Notes under the pieces: model-generated
The model's database searches: none
Seen by the model: only the letters and a program-made list of their open reading frames with translations
Told to the model about the DNA's origin: nothing
DNA from: a virus
Length of the DNA stretch: 64,000 nucleotides
IMG/VR virus record: IMGVR_UViG_3300045988_151578
Direction: 5' to 3' (one strand)
In this document: positions 43,843 to 52,694 of the stretch, piece by piece
Numbering within the stretch: the first letter of the stretch is position 1
Layout: each line of letters begins with the position of its first letter
Made by a program: the position numbers and the translations under genes

Positions 43843-44603
43843 CTAGGAACACCCATGATTCCAACTATGCCCTTTTCTGATGGGTTATTGGGATTCTCTA
43901 CTTCTATATTTGAAGTAAATACCGGATCTATAGCCGATACAAAATCTCTTATCTCTTTCATATCTTTTACTGAGAAACATGAGAAATTGGTTACCCTCTC
44001 ATATTTACCATTTACGTTTAACTTAAGGTTCTTGGCTATAAGTTCGGCATTACGAGTTCTCTTAGATTCAGGCAGATTTATAATATACCTTTCACTTTCA
44101 CCATTAAGTAAGTCTATGGTTAAGAGTTTACCGGAAGAAAGGGAGAACTCTATATCCTTAGTTTTTATATGGCCTTCACTATCGTAACCTTCGGGATAAT
44201 GTGGTAAAGCAAATGGCTTACTATTTAGTTCTTCATCAGAAGGATATTTACTATAATCTTCAAATATTAACTCATTGAGATCCTGTTCAAAGGTATAACT
44301 TGTACCATCATTGAAGGTATAATCGAATTCTACGGTATCACCCATAGAAAACATCCTATTTTTAATAAGGATATAGTTTCTATCCAAAGCAGGGATAGAT
44401 CTTGATTGTTCTACGGTTAATTTACCAGATTCAGTAAAGTCTGTTGATACTACTATAGCAGCTATAAATTTAGCCAAATTAGTTAAATCCTTACTGTCTA
44501 CCGGGTTAGATAAAATGTCTTCATCGGCACCATTTTGTTCCCTTATGGTATACTTATAACCAGAAGGAGCTACTAAATCTAAAGTTCTAAGTTGAATGTC
44601 CAT
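43821..44603 (-). CDS. tail assembly chaperone (gpG-like, zero-frame product)
   Basis: 260-aa ORF between the tube and tape-measure genes. It ends 5 codons after the slippery site. Confidence 0.7.
   Translation of the reverse strand: MDIQLRTLDLVAPSGYKYTIREQNGADEDILSNPVDSKDLTNLAKFIAAIVVSTDFTESGKLTVEQSRSIPALDRNYILIKNRMFSMGDTVEFDYTFNDGTSYTFEQDLNELIFEDYSKYPSDEELNSKPFALPHYPEGYDSEGHIKTKDIEFSLSSGKLLTIDLLNGESERYIINLPESKRTRNAELIAKNLKLNVNGKYERVTNFSCFSVKDMKEIRDFVSAIDPVFTSNIEVENPNNPSEKGIVGIMGVPSFFCLSD
43836..43842 (-). other. programmed -1 ribosomal frameshift slippery heptamer
   Basis: Minus-strand zero-frame codons AG[T TTT TTT] TGC form an X_XXY_YYZ site with all positions T (a run of 8 A at 43835-43842 on the plus strand). 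Confidence 0.75.
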
Positions 44604-44665
44604 TGTTTTTAAAGTTTTAAGTGAATGAATATTTGTATTGTATAATAGTCTAAGGATTTACATAG

Positions 44666-44703
44666 AAAAGAGGTGAAACCAAAGTAAATTATGGTCCCAC
44701 CTC
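44666..44703 (-). terminator. rho-independent terminator after the tail tube gene
   Basis: In the minus-strand RNA, GAGGUGGGACC (44703-44693) pairs with GGUUUCACCUC (44680-44670), giving an 11-bp stem with two G:U pairs and a 12-nt loop. UUUU follows. On the plus strand the G:U pairs would be A:C mismatches, so the structure is strand-specific. Confidence 0.7.
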
Positions 44704-44739
44704 CCATCCACCTAAATCCTTAATAAAAACAATTAAGTA

Positions 44740-45204
44740 TTAGTATCGGTCTGCTGTTCCTACAGAAAATTCTATATTCTCTATAGTATTCTCTGAAGCA
44801 GTTCTATCGAAGTCCATACCGGTTATCTTAGTAGGCCATACCTCTTCATAGTGATGAGTATTTAATATGGTTACTCCATCTTCGGCAAGATCATTTACCT
44901 CTACTACTTCCCAATAATCTTCTGGAACTAGTCCTCCACCAAGTATCATATCTTGGCAAGAATTTAACCAATCCCATACCCAAGTATCTGAACCTGCTGT
45001 AGTAAGAAGTTTTTCTATTACTAAGTTACCTACTGTAACTCTACCAGCAGTTTTTACATCTCGATTTATATCTCCATGAGTTACCTGGTCTATCTCTATA
45101 TCAGGTAGAGTAACCTTCTGACACAGGTACGGATTTATAGGGTGTTTTGGGAAAGAAACACTAAATAGGAATTTCTTTCTCGGGTTTTTTACTTTTGCTC
45201 CCAT
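44740..45204 (-). CDS. tail tube protein (T4 gp19-like)
   Basis: 154-aa ORF directly after the sheath gene. The N-terminal ..KKFLFSVSFPK.. and its size and position are typical of contractile-tail tube proteins. Confidence 0.7.
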   Translation of the reverse strand: MGAKVKNPRKKFLFSVSFPKHPINPYLCQKVTLPDIEIDQVTHGDINRDVKTAGRVTVGNLVIEKLLTTAGSDTWVWDWLNSCQDMILGGGLVPEDYWEVVEVNDLAEDGVTILNTHHYEEVWPTKITGMDFDRTASENTIENIEFSVGTADRY

Positions 45205-45216
45205 ATATAAAACATT

Positions 45217-46971
45217 TTAAGCGTTATCAGTTGAATCTATAGATACAGTACTTGAAGCTGCATCTATAGTAATAACTATAGATATTTCTTGCATAGGCAC
45301 TACATCTTTATACTTAAGTATAGCCTTGTATTTACCCTGCCTTACATCAGCTTCATTGTTTACTTCAAGATTAGAGTAGTCAGTTGCATATTGATCACCC
45401 ATCCAGGTATACTCTGACATAGCATTCTGGTCTACCAAACTATCAAGCTTCGGTTTTACCTCTAAGTATATAGACTTCCATGTATCCCATATGTTAGGTT
45501 CCTCTATGTACTTCTCAAGTATAGGTCTAAGAGTTTTCTTAAGATACAAGTTAAGTCTAACTATAGACAAGAATCTTTCAGAATCCTGTTTAACCTGAGA
45601 AGTGAATAGATGCCAAAGCATAGTCTGCTTACCCATTGAACTGGTGTCCTTAATTACGATCATGTTGATATAATTATGGGCCAGTTCGTTTAGATCATAG
45701 TACCTAGAGGGTGATCCATAGTTAGGACATACTGGACCTTTAGCATCGGTTATAATTCCTCTATTAGCTCCAGCGAATGACTTCCATGGACCATAGTTAC
45801 TAGCCGAAGAATCACCAAGACCAAGTATAGTACCAATTACATCACAACTCTGAAGTCTTCCAGATTCATTATAGTACTTTATACCACCTCCGAAATATGC
45901 AATATACTTAGAGTTACCTATAGTATTCATAACTTCATTTTGCCAAGCTACCATGTCAGCAATTTTAGTTAAAGTCTTAGGTATCTCTATATAATAGGTG
46001 AATTCCTGCAAACTCTTTATTTCTTCGGCAATCTTAGTATGTATGTTGAGTTGATACTCCTTGTTGGTCTCTTCATCTTCATCAAATACTCGATTGTACA
46101 AGGATGAACAAGTTATCTGGTATACATCAACATAATCCTTGATAGTATCGAAAGCATTAACCCAATCATCTACTGATCCCGGGTATTCTGCATTTGGCAG
46201 TTCTTCGTAGTTAGGCTGTATAACTTGTACCTTCTCATTACCACTATTCCAATCAGTTACTGTAAGCTTATTGGTTGACTGATCATATTTCTTTATAGAA
46301 TCTATGAGCTTATCAAAGCTTACTTCATCAAGATTACCCTTACTATCTACAGGCTGGAAGTATGATGTATTGCTTATAAAGTCATACAACATCTGATAAT
46401 CTACAGTAGTAGGGTTAACTTCAGTAGAATTCTGATAAGAGAAGATATTTCCACTTTCTACTTCTGTATTTGAGCTATCCTTAATTGAGTAAGTATAGTT
46501 TACTATACCCGAGGATTCTCTCTTTTTAAATGTTACCGTATAGGTATCATCTTTCTGTCCGTTGATCTTTACTCCAAGCTTTAGAGTACCTAATTCACCA
46601 AAGGTTAGAAGAGTAAATGTTGGCTGACCTGCAGCACTTGCAAGTTCAGTCTCATATTCATCAGCCATCAATACACCAGCACCTGGATCTGAGAATTTTC
46701 CTGGCTGTATAGTTTCACTGGCACATACTCTTACTACTCGTAATTTAGAACCTAAAGCCAAAGCTTTCTTAACGTTTGAAATAGTACCATCTGGCATAAC
46801 TTCATCACCATATATCCTTTGGAACTGTGGCCATGAAGTGATTATCTCCGAGGGGTCATTAAACGGACCTTTAGTAGTTCTTGTTATAATACAAGAAACT
46901 CCATTTAATGGAGTACTCTCTTGAACATTATTGTTCTCGAAAGTAAATTTAACATAAGGTGAATTTGACAT
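45217..46971 (-). CDS. tail sheath protein
   Basis: 584 aa. Called from its position before the tube gene, its elevated G+C (high-expression codon use), and the conserved C-terminal sheath-like segment (..SFAGANRGIITDAKGPV.., ..LNELAHNYINMIV..). Confidence 0.75.
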   Translation of the reverse strand: MSNSPYVKFTFENNNVQESTPLNGVSCIITRTTKGPFNDPSEIITSWPQFQRIYGDEVMPDGTISNVKKALALGSKLRVVRVCASETIQPGKFSDPGAGVLMADEYETELASAAGQPTFTLLTFGELGTLKLGVKINGQKDDTYTVTFKKRESSGIVNYTYSIKDSSNTEVESGNIFSYQNSTEVNPTTVDYQMLYDFISNTSYFQPVDSKGNLDEVSFDKLIDSIKKYDQSTNKLTVTDWNSGNEKVQVIQPNYEELPNAEYPGSVDDWVNAFDTIKDYVDVYQITCSSLYNRVFDEDEETNKEYQLNIHTKIAEEIKSLQEFTYYIEIPKTLTKIADMVAWQNEVMNTIGNSKYIAYFGGGIKYYNESGRLQSCDVIGTILGLGDSSASNYGPWKSFAGANRGIITDAKGPVCPNYGSPSRYYDLNELAHNYINMIVIKDTSSMGKQTMLWHLFTSQVKQDSERFLSIVRLNLYLKKTLRPILEKYIEEPNIWDTWKSIYLEVKPKLDSLVDQNAMSEYTWMGDQYATDYSNLEVNNEADVRQGKYKAILKYKDVVPMQEISIVITIDAASSTVSIDSTDNA

Positions 46972-47020
46972 ATCTTTGAATATTTAGTTATCCATTTATT
47001 AAAAATCACGTAGTATTGTA

Positions 47021-47719
47021 TTATTGTTGAATATGTAATATAGTCATATCAGTTTCTTCTTTACCATAAGCTCCTATTAAGGTAATTATATCATTGATAG
47101 GTTTTATATCTTCATCGGTAATATTAGAATAATCTATGATACTGTCATTACATGTGTAACTATATACTTTCTCTAATATGCCATGTTCTTTATCATTATA
47201 ATCATAATAATTACCAATCTCTACATATATATTACCAGTAGGTTGTAATTTTTTATTTACCCAATCCTTAAAATCTCCAATATAAGGTACCAGATAACCT
47301 CTAGCAGGTAATGATAAATACATGATATTATGTAATAACCTTAATTCTGGCATATTGTTAGCTACCAGATGAACATCTATAGAAATGTCCTTAGTTTCAA
47401 AAGGATGCTCTACTCTATTAAAGTTACCATTGGCATTATCTTCTATGGCATATTTTTCCATACCAATCATACCCGGGTAGTATGCTTGCAAATCTAGGGT
47501 TATTCTTGGGCATATTTTAGCTCCTCTAGTTTGATTATTTCCAACTCCAAAGATACTTACAAAGTTTTTAATACTACTTTTATCTTGTTCATAACGAGAT
47601 TCATTCTCCTGGGATATTGGTAAATAATCGTCGGGATTTAAGGTTAACCCCATATTTATAGCAGTACTAAGTAAACTGGCATAAAAAGTTCTTTCAACTA
47701 TTTCCTCTGAGTTTACCAT
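47021..47719 (-). CDS. neck / tail-completion candidate (hypothetical)
   Basis: 232-aa ORF between the head-tail joining genes and the sheath gene. Confidence 0.45.
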   Translation of the reverse strand: MVNSEEIVERTFYASLLSTAINMGLTLNPDDYLPISQENESRYEQDKSSIKNFVSIFGVGNNQTRGAKICPRITLDLQAYYPGMIGMEKYAIEDNANGNFNRVEHPFETKDISIDVHLVANNMPELRLLHNIMYLSLPARGYLVPYIGDFKDWVNKKLQPTGNIYVEIGNYYDYNDKEHGILEKVYSYTCNDSIIDYSNITDEDIKPINDIITLIGAYGKEETDMTILHIQQ

Positions 47720-47720
47720 A

Positions 47721-48338
47721 TTATTTAATTGTTAATTTAGTTTTATCTCCCATACTCATACTATAAACTATAGATCCATAGAATTGAGTATATCGGTTAA
47801 TAGATTCTCTTAAACCCTTAACTACCTCCTTTTTGAGTTTTTCTTTACCTCCAGCTTGTTCATAGGCTGGTCTCCATAATGGTCTAGCCGGTAAATCACC
47901 ATCACCAGAACCATACTCTAACATCCTAGCTATTTGAGCCATAGTTTTTCTACTTGACCCCTTTAAACCTGATGGTCTTCTTAAACCTTGTGGTAATCCA
48001 ACATATACTATACCATTTTTACGAGTATCAACTTTAACGTATCTAGCATAAAATCCAGATAGGTAAAATATTGGATGAGGTCCTAAAGTTTTAACCGTAG
48101 ATTGAGCATGAGGTTTCCAACTTACTCCATTTGGAGGTGTTCCCTTTTTTAAACATCTTTGTACTATCCTATACAGTCTATCAGCAAATCTATTAGCACC
48201 TATACTATACCCTTGAACTAATAATTTCGGTACATTATTTAAAAGATTTACTGCTAACTTCTGTTTAGTTTGGTTAACATATATCCTTATTTCACCTAAA
48301 CCTCTTAAGTCTATATTAGGTACTTTATTACTTGCCAT
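47721..48338 (-). CDS. HK97 gp10-like head-tail joining / tail-completion protein
   Basis: ..IARMLEYGSGDGDLPARPLWRPAYE.. matches the HK97-gp10 family motif (..EfG....P.rPf..PA..). Confidence 0.55.
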   Translation of the reverse strand: MASNKVPNIDLRGLGEIRIYVNQTKQKLAVNLLNNVPKLLVQGYSIGANRFADRLYRIVQRCLKKGTPPNGVSWKPHAQSTVKTLGPHPIFYLSGFYARYVKVDTRKNGIVYVGLPQGLRRPSGLKGSSRKTMAQIARMLEYGSGDGDLPARPLWRPAYEQAGGKEKLKKEVVKGLRESINRYTQFYGSIVYSMSMGDKTKLTIK

Positions 48339-48360
48339 ATAGTGTAATTTATTTTAATTT

Positions 48361-48882
48361 CTAGAACTCTTCCCAATTTATAGATATAAATTCATCATGA
48401 TATTCTCTATCCATAAACTTAGACCAAGTTTTTAATATAAGTCCTTGATATAGGATTTTACTTTTAATCCATAGACCTATAAAATTCATACATGATAAAT
48501 CTGAATGTACAAAATCTGGGTAAAATTTTGAGTATGTCCAATTAGCTAAATATGTGATATCGCCCAAAGATAAATAATCAGGTATATCAATACTTAAACT
48601 ATGTAAGTTATCATTGATCTGATTCGGTGACCAAATATGAGAAGTACCATTTTTATTTTGTAATAGGCCACTGGCATATTCGGATAGTTCTAAATTAAAC
48701 TTACCACCTACTCTCTTAAAGTATTTATCAAAGGCACTTTCATTATCTTTAACCACTATATCCTGGTGAACTACCTTGATTGGGTGTTCATCACATTCAT
48801 AGTTCACTTTAGTTTTATCGGGTAAATCCTGATCTTCACTCCGATTAGGGGTTTTACTTTTAAAAATAATAATCTTACTCAT
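48361..48882 (-). CDS. hypothetical (head-tail connector region)
   Basis: 173-aa ORF on the coding strand. Confidence 0.5.
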   Translation of the reverse strand: MSKIIIFKSKTPNRSEDQDLPDKTKVNYECDEHPIKVVHQDIVVKDNESAFDKYFKRVGGKFNLELSEYASGLLQNKNGTSHIWSPNQINDNLHSLSIDIPDYLSLGDITYLANWTYSKFYPDFVHSDLSCMNFIGLWIKSKILYQGLILKTWSKFMDREYHDEFISINWEEF

Positions 48883-48884
48883 AG

Positions 48885-49388
48885 CTATACCTTTTTAAGT
48901 AATTGAGATATCATATCCTTTAATTCTCCCATATCACTCTTTAATTCTCCAACATTACTTTCGATTTGTTTAAACCTACTTTCGGTCTCTCTTTTCTGTT
49001 TTATAACGGGATTATGTTCTGCCAATAATTCATCGCATAAATGAACTACCTTCTTATTGTAAGGTTCTCTATCTAACTCACCCTGAGATTTATCTCTAAA
49101 GGTTTCCAATTCTTTTAGAGCAACTTCCTTACTTACACATATAACTATATTATCCATAGCATATGAGGAATCCTTTTCACTAAAGGTATATCTTAAATTT
49201 GGATTGTGATTAGGTATACTTAATCTTAAATCCACCACTCTATCTGTAATTCCAGGTATACTAGAATCATAATGTGGATCGGTACTACTTTCTACTTTTA
49301 ATGGAAAAAGTGTTAACTTATCTTGATCTATTTGGCTCTTATCTAAAATATATACAGAGCCACCTTCTTTAATATCTTTAAAAGTCAT
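48885..49388 (-). CDS. hypothetical (head-tail connector region)
   Basis: 167-aa ORF with a coiled-coil C-terminus. It is preceded by the CTAT-N5-TATATAAC box. Confidence 0.5.
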   Translation of the reverse strand: MTFKDIKEGGSVYILDKSQIDQDKLTLFPLKVESSTDPHYDSSIPGITDRVVDLRLSIPNHNPNLRYTFSEKDSSYAMDNIVICVSKEVALKELETFRDKSQGELDREPYNKKVVHLCDELLAEHNPVIKQKRETESRFKQIESNVGELKSDMGELKDMISQLLKKV

Positions 49389-49409
49389 GATTGTATTTAT
49401 TAAGTTTAG

Positions 49410-49426
49410 GTTATATAAAAATATAG
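49410..49426 (-). promoter_or_regulatory. CTAT-N5-TATATAAC box (candidate phage-specific promoter / restart)
   Basis: The minus strand reads CTATATTTTTATATAAC, abutting terminator stem 49427-49455. The ATG at 49388 lies 21 nt downstream. Confidence 0.4.
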
Positions 49427-49455
49427 AAAGCCAGTAATTAGTAATTACTGGCTTT
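49427..49455 (-). terminator. rho-independent terminator after CDS 49468-49851
   Basis: Inverted repeat AAAGCCAGTAATTA / TAATTACTGGCTTT (14-bp arms, 1-nt centre). On the minus strand it is followed by CTATATTTTT. Confidence 0.65.
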
Positions 49456-49467
49456 TATTAAGGGAAA

Positions 49468-49851
49468 CTATGCTGATACAAGAGCGATAGTCAAAGAATC
49501 ATTAATCAATAGGCATCTACCATTTACATGAATAATTCTACCAACTGAATTAATGTTAACTGAACTAGGTACGGCTGTTTGACCTTGGAAGGATACATCA
49601 AAATTCTCTGTATACTTTGGGCTATTATTACCCATATTAGAAAAGCTTATAGTAGCAGTAACTGGTACAAATACTGTACTACCAACTAATGTAGGTTGAC
49701 CGTAAGTATAATCAATGGTTATAGGTAAATTAGACCCACAACAAATACCTAAATTACGACATAATCTTTCACTAAATGAAGCCGTGATTGATATCTGATT
49801 GGCCGTTAAAGCTGTAGTGGCCAATCCTGCTGGAGATACATAAACAGACAT
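49468..49851 (-). CDS. small Ser/Thr/Val-rich beta protein (structural?)
   Basis: 127-aa ORF flanked by its own downstream terminator. No motif recognised. Confidence 0.5.
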   Translation of the reverse strand: MSVYVSPAGLATTALTANQISITASFSERLCRNLGICCGSNLPITIDYTYGQPTLVGSTVFVPVTATISFSNMGNNSPKYTENFDVSFQGQTAVPSSVNINSVGRIIHVNGRCLLINDSLTIALVSA

Positions 49852-49914
49852 GGCCTAAAATTTTAATAACCTCTCCGGAGGAAATCACTATACAGTTTAA
49901 GGAATTTATTGAGC

Positions 49915-51144
49915 TTATATAAACTTGCTCTTTAAAGTATCAATCTCTTTTCTTAATCTCTGTATCTCTAATACTAATAAAGAGGTATAATCAACTGATT
50001 TATACCCTTTATCATCTTCTACAACTAAGTTATTAAGTCCTGCCTTCTCCAAATCTTGAGCTATTACTCCATAAGACTTAACCTTATTTTTGTCTTTCTT
50101 ATAGTTAAACTCTTTAAACTCAATATTGGTAAGTTTATTCAGATCCTCAGTAATAGGATTTATATTCTCTTTTAATCTCTCATCAGAAGTTTGAGTAACT
50201 TTTGGTGTTGTAATAGAACCATCAGAATAATTTATGATAGTCCTTTGATTACCCAACTGCATATTCTTATTGGCCTGACAAACTATAAAAGCATAATCTC
50301 CAGTACCATCTGCAGTATCTACTTTTGCTTTGGTCTGTCTTACAAATCTCCAATCTCCATTATTAGTATAAACTTGGAAAGAACACTCTGCTTGACCTCC
50401 AAAATCATTTATATAGCTCTCTGCCAGCCAACTTTCATACTTAGCATAATAATCAACGGGTATAACTAAACCTTTTAGGGTTGTCTTACCATTTACTGTA
50501 AGATTATCTGTAACAGTTCCTCCACTTAATGGTAAATAAGTTTTTCCTCCATGAGATGTATATAAACTACTTAACTGCGAAGCCTGGATAGATGTCATGA
50601 ATCCATTAGTAGAAGCTGATGCTTGAGGCATACTTACCTTTATCATTTGAACATCTGGAGATGATGTATTTATAGGATCTCTGAAAGTAGTATGTTGAGC
50701 TACTAGTGGACCGTTAAAGAACAATCCAAACTTATTATCTTCAATATTTATATCATGTAAAGTAGTACCAGGAGAAGTGAGAGAATTAGAAATAGACTTG
50801 TTAAAGAATACATGCTTTACTATCTTGGCTTTATCAGTAGCAACTTCATCAAGATTGGCTTTATCATTTTTAGACATCAATCCATCCTGTGAAGTACTAG
50901 CCAAACCTAAATCAGTTATATCAGATTTACTATGAGTATGATCAGCATCAGCTTTCTCATTTAATTTACTCTGTAAACTACTTATATCCGATTTAGTGGC
51001 ATACCCAGATAAATCTGGTTGACCACCATATATTATACCCTTAAAGAGGATTACACCTGTATCCTTAGCAAAATATAAACCTCCAGAATGGGAAGGAGGG
51101 CTATAAGAGCCCTCCTTCCCCTCAAAGAATTTTAACAAAGCCAT
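49915..51144 (-). CDS. tail fibre with a C-terminal intramolecular-chaperone (peptidase S74) domain
   Basis: C-terminal TSDERLKENI..EFKEFNYKKD..SYGVIAQDLEKAG..VDYTSLLVLEIQRLRKEI is the S74 auto-cleaving chaperone signature. The start is taken at 51144 (MALLKFF..), 1 nt after the upstream stop codon. The N-terminus is homologous to that of the next fibre. Confidence 0.8.
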   Translation of the reverse strand: MALLKFFEGKEGSYSPPSHSGGLYFAKDTGVILFKGIIYGGQPDLSGYATKSDISSLQSKLNEKADADHTHSKSDITDLGLASTSQDGLMSKNDKANLDEVATDKAKIVKHVFFNKSISNSLTSPGTTLHDINIEDNKFGLFFNGPLVAQHTTFRDPINTSSPDVQMIKVSMPQASASTNGFMTSIQASQLSSLYTSHGGKTYLPLSGGTVTDNLTVNGKTTLKGLVIPVDYYAKYESWLAESYINDFGGQAECSFQVYTNNGDWRFVRQTKAKVDTADGTGDYAFIVCQANKNMQLGNQRTIINYSDGSITTPKVTQTSDERLKENINPITEDLNKLTNIEFKEFNYKKDKNKVKSYGVIAQDLEKAGLNNLVVEDDKGYKSVDYTSLLVLEIQRLRKEIDTLKSKFI

Positions 51145-51145
51145 A

Positions 51146-52669
51146 TTATACTTCAATTAAAGTTAGAGCAGTCTCCAAAGCTGCAACTCTAGTCTGAAGC
51201 GAGTTGAGATCATTCTGCTTAGCATAAGTAGTAGTGATCACATTACCACTTGCATCCTGAGTAGCTTTGGTAGCTGATGTTGCAGTATTAGCATTACCCT
51301 TAAGATTACCCTTAAAGGTAGCAGCTGTAAGAGTTTTTGTAGACGGGTTGAAAGTAATACCATTACCTTTCTGTACTCCCTTAGTTTCCTGGTCTGTATT
51401 ACCAGCAGTACCGGCCAACAATACGTTATATTCACCGTTAGTAACATTTACAGCATTCTGAAGAACATTCTGGTCAGTCCAAGGTACAGAAACGTAAGCT
51501 TTTTCACTGTCGAGTTTAACGGCATAGTTCTTACCGCTTTCACTATATCCAATTTGAATACCTCCTCGAACACCTGATGCAGCCAAAGGTAGAGAATAGT
51601 TACTCAAACTCTCAAGCTTAGTCTTATCACCCTTAGACATAAGACCTGCAGCTGCAGTAGAAGCTAATGATAGCGTTACAACTTTATTTGAACCTGAAAG
51701 TGTGTGGAAAGTCAAAGTACCATTACTTGTACCGGCAGCCCAAGTAATGTTAGTACCAAGAGCATCACTCTTCTTAGCATAAGTAGCATCAATATTGAGA
51801 CCCTCAATAGCTGATACTTTCTTCTTGAGTGAAGCTATGTCAGTAGCATTTTGTTTACCCTTAGATCCCTCATAAGCAGTACCATGGGTTTCACCAAGAG
51901 CTATACTAGCTGATATCTCTACTAAGGCCTTACCATCCCAACGGTATAGAATGTTAGTTCTTGAAGTACTGCCCGTAGCATCCGTAAGACGGAAGTTATA
52001 GATGGTATCTTCTTTAGGATCAGTACCTTCATCCCAACCACTTGATAGTCTTTCGTAGATCTTCTTGGTATCTATTACATAGTAACGATCACCTTCTGAT
52101 ACACCAGATGATGGCAAGTTAGTACTGCTAGCTACAGCTTTCTCAATACCGAATACTCTAGCCATCTGACCATCGAGCTGAGATACTGGAATTTTGCCAC
52201 GTTCATCCAATGTAGCAACACCATTAGCAACTCCCATTTCGCTACGCTTAACCTGTGCATCATTGGTTACATTACCCAGGCTAATGTCGGTCTTAGTTAT
52301 ACTCGGATTAGAACTGATCTTCTTACCATTGATGGTATACCCATCTACTGTAGTTTTTACAGCATTTATTGCCTGCTGCTGAGCAGTAGATACTGGTTTG
52401 TTAGCATCAGAAGTATTATCTACATTACCAAGTCCAACCATTGACTTGTTAAGTGTAATAGTAGTACTCTGAGTACCATCCGTATAAGCAATGGTCATAG
52501 TAGTACCACTGATATCTACACTCTTAACGGCTTTAAAAGATGTAGACATACCGTAAGATATACCCTGGAAGATAATCTCTTTGGTATCAGTAGCAAAGTA
52601 TACACCATACGGATAGGTTTCTTGTACATAAGAGGCTTTTTTACCTACAATAAAATTAATAAGTGCCAT
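51146..52669 (-). CDS. tail fibre protein
   Basis: The N-terminal MALINFIVGKKASY..GVYFATDTKEIIFQGISYG is homologous to that of the S74 fibre. Fibre-repeat motifs are present (AAAGLMSKGDKTKLESL, GNV.N). G+C is elevated. Confidence 0.7.
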   Translation of the reverse strand: MALINFIVGKKASYVQETYPYGVYFATDTKEIIFQGISYGMSTSFKAVKSVDISGTTMTIAYTDGTQSTTITLNKSMVGLGNVDNTSDANKPVSTAQQQAINAVKTTVDGYTINGKKISSNPSITKTDISLGNVTNDAQVKRSEMGVANGVATLDERGKIPVSQLDGQMARVFGIEKAVASSTNLPSSGVSEGDRYYVIDTKKIYERLSSGWDEGTDPKEDTIYNFRLTDATGSTSRTNILYRWDGKALVEISASIALGETHGTAYEGSKGKQNATDIASLKKKVSAIEGLNIDATYAKKSDALGTNITWAAGTSNGTLTFHTLSGSNKVVTLSLASTAAAGLMSKGDKTKLESLSNYSLPLAASGVRGGIQIGYSESGKNYAVKLDSEKAYVSVPWTDQNVLQNAVNVTNGEYNVLLAGTAGNTDQETKGVQKGNGITFNPSTKTLTAATFKGNLKGNANTATSATKATQDASGNVITTTYAKQNDLNSLQTRVAALETALTLIEV

Positions 52670-52694
52670 AAAATTTGTTTTTAAAGTTAATGAA

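Noticed and set aside
51238-51461. Small ORFs on both strands inside the 507-aa fibre gene
   Set aside because: They are nested in a well-supported fibre CDS and arise from its higher G+C content.
51146-52669. Elevated G+C (about 40-45% in sampled lines versus about one-third elsewhere) as a sign of a horizontally acquired fibre gene
   Set aside because: The sheath and major capsid genes show the same elevation. The shift therefore tracks highly expressed genes and Ala/Gly/Thr-rich composition rather than foreign origin.
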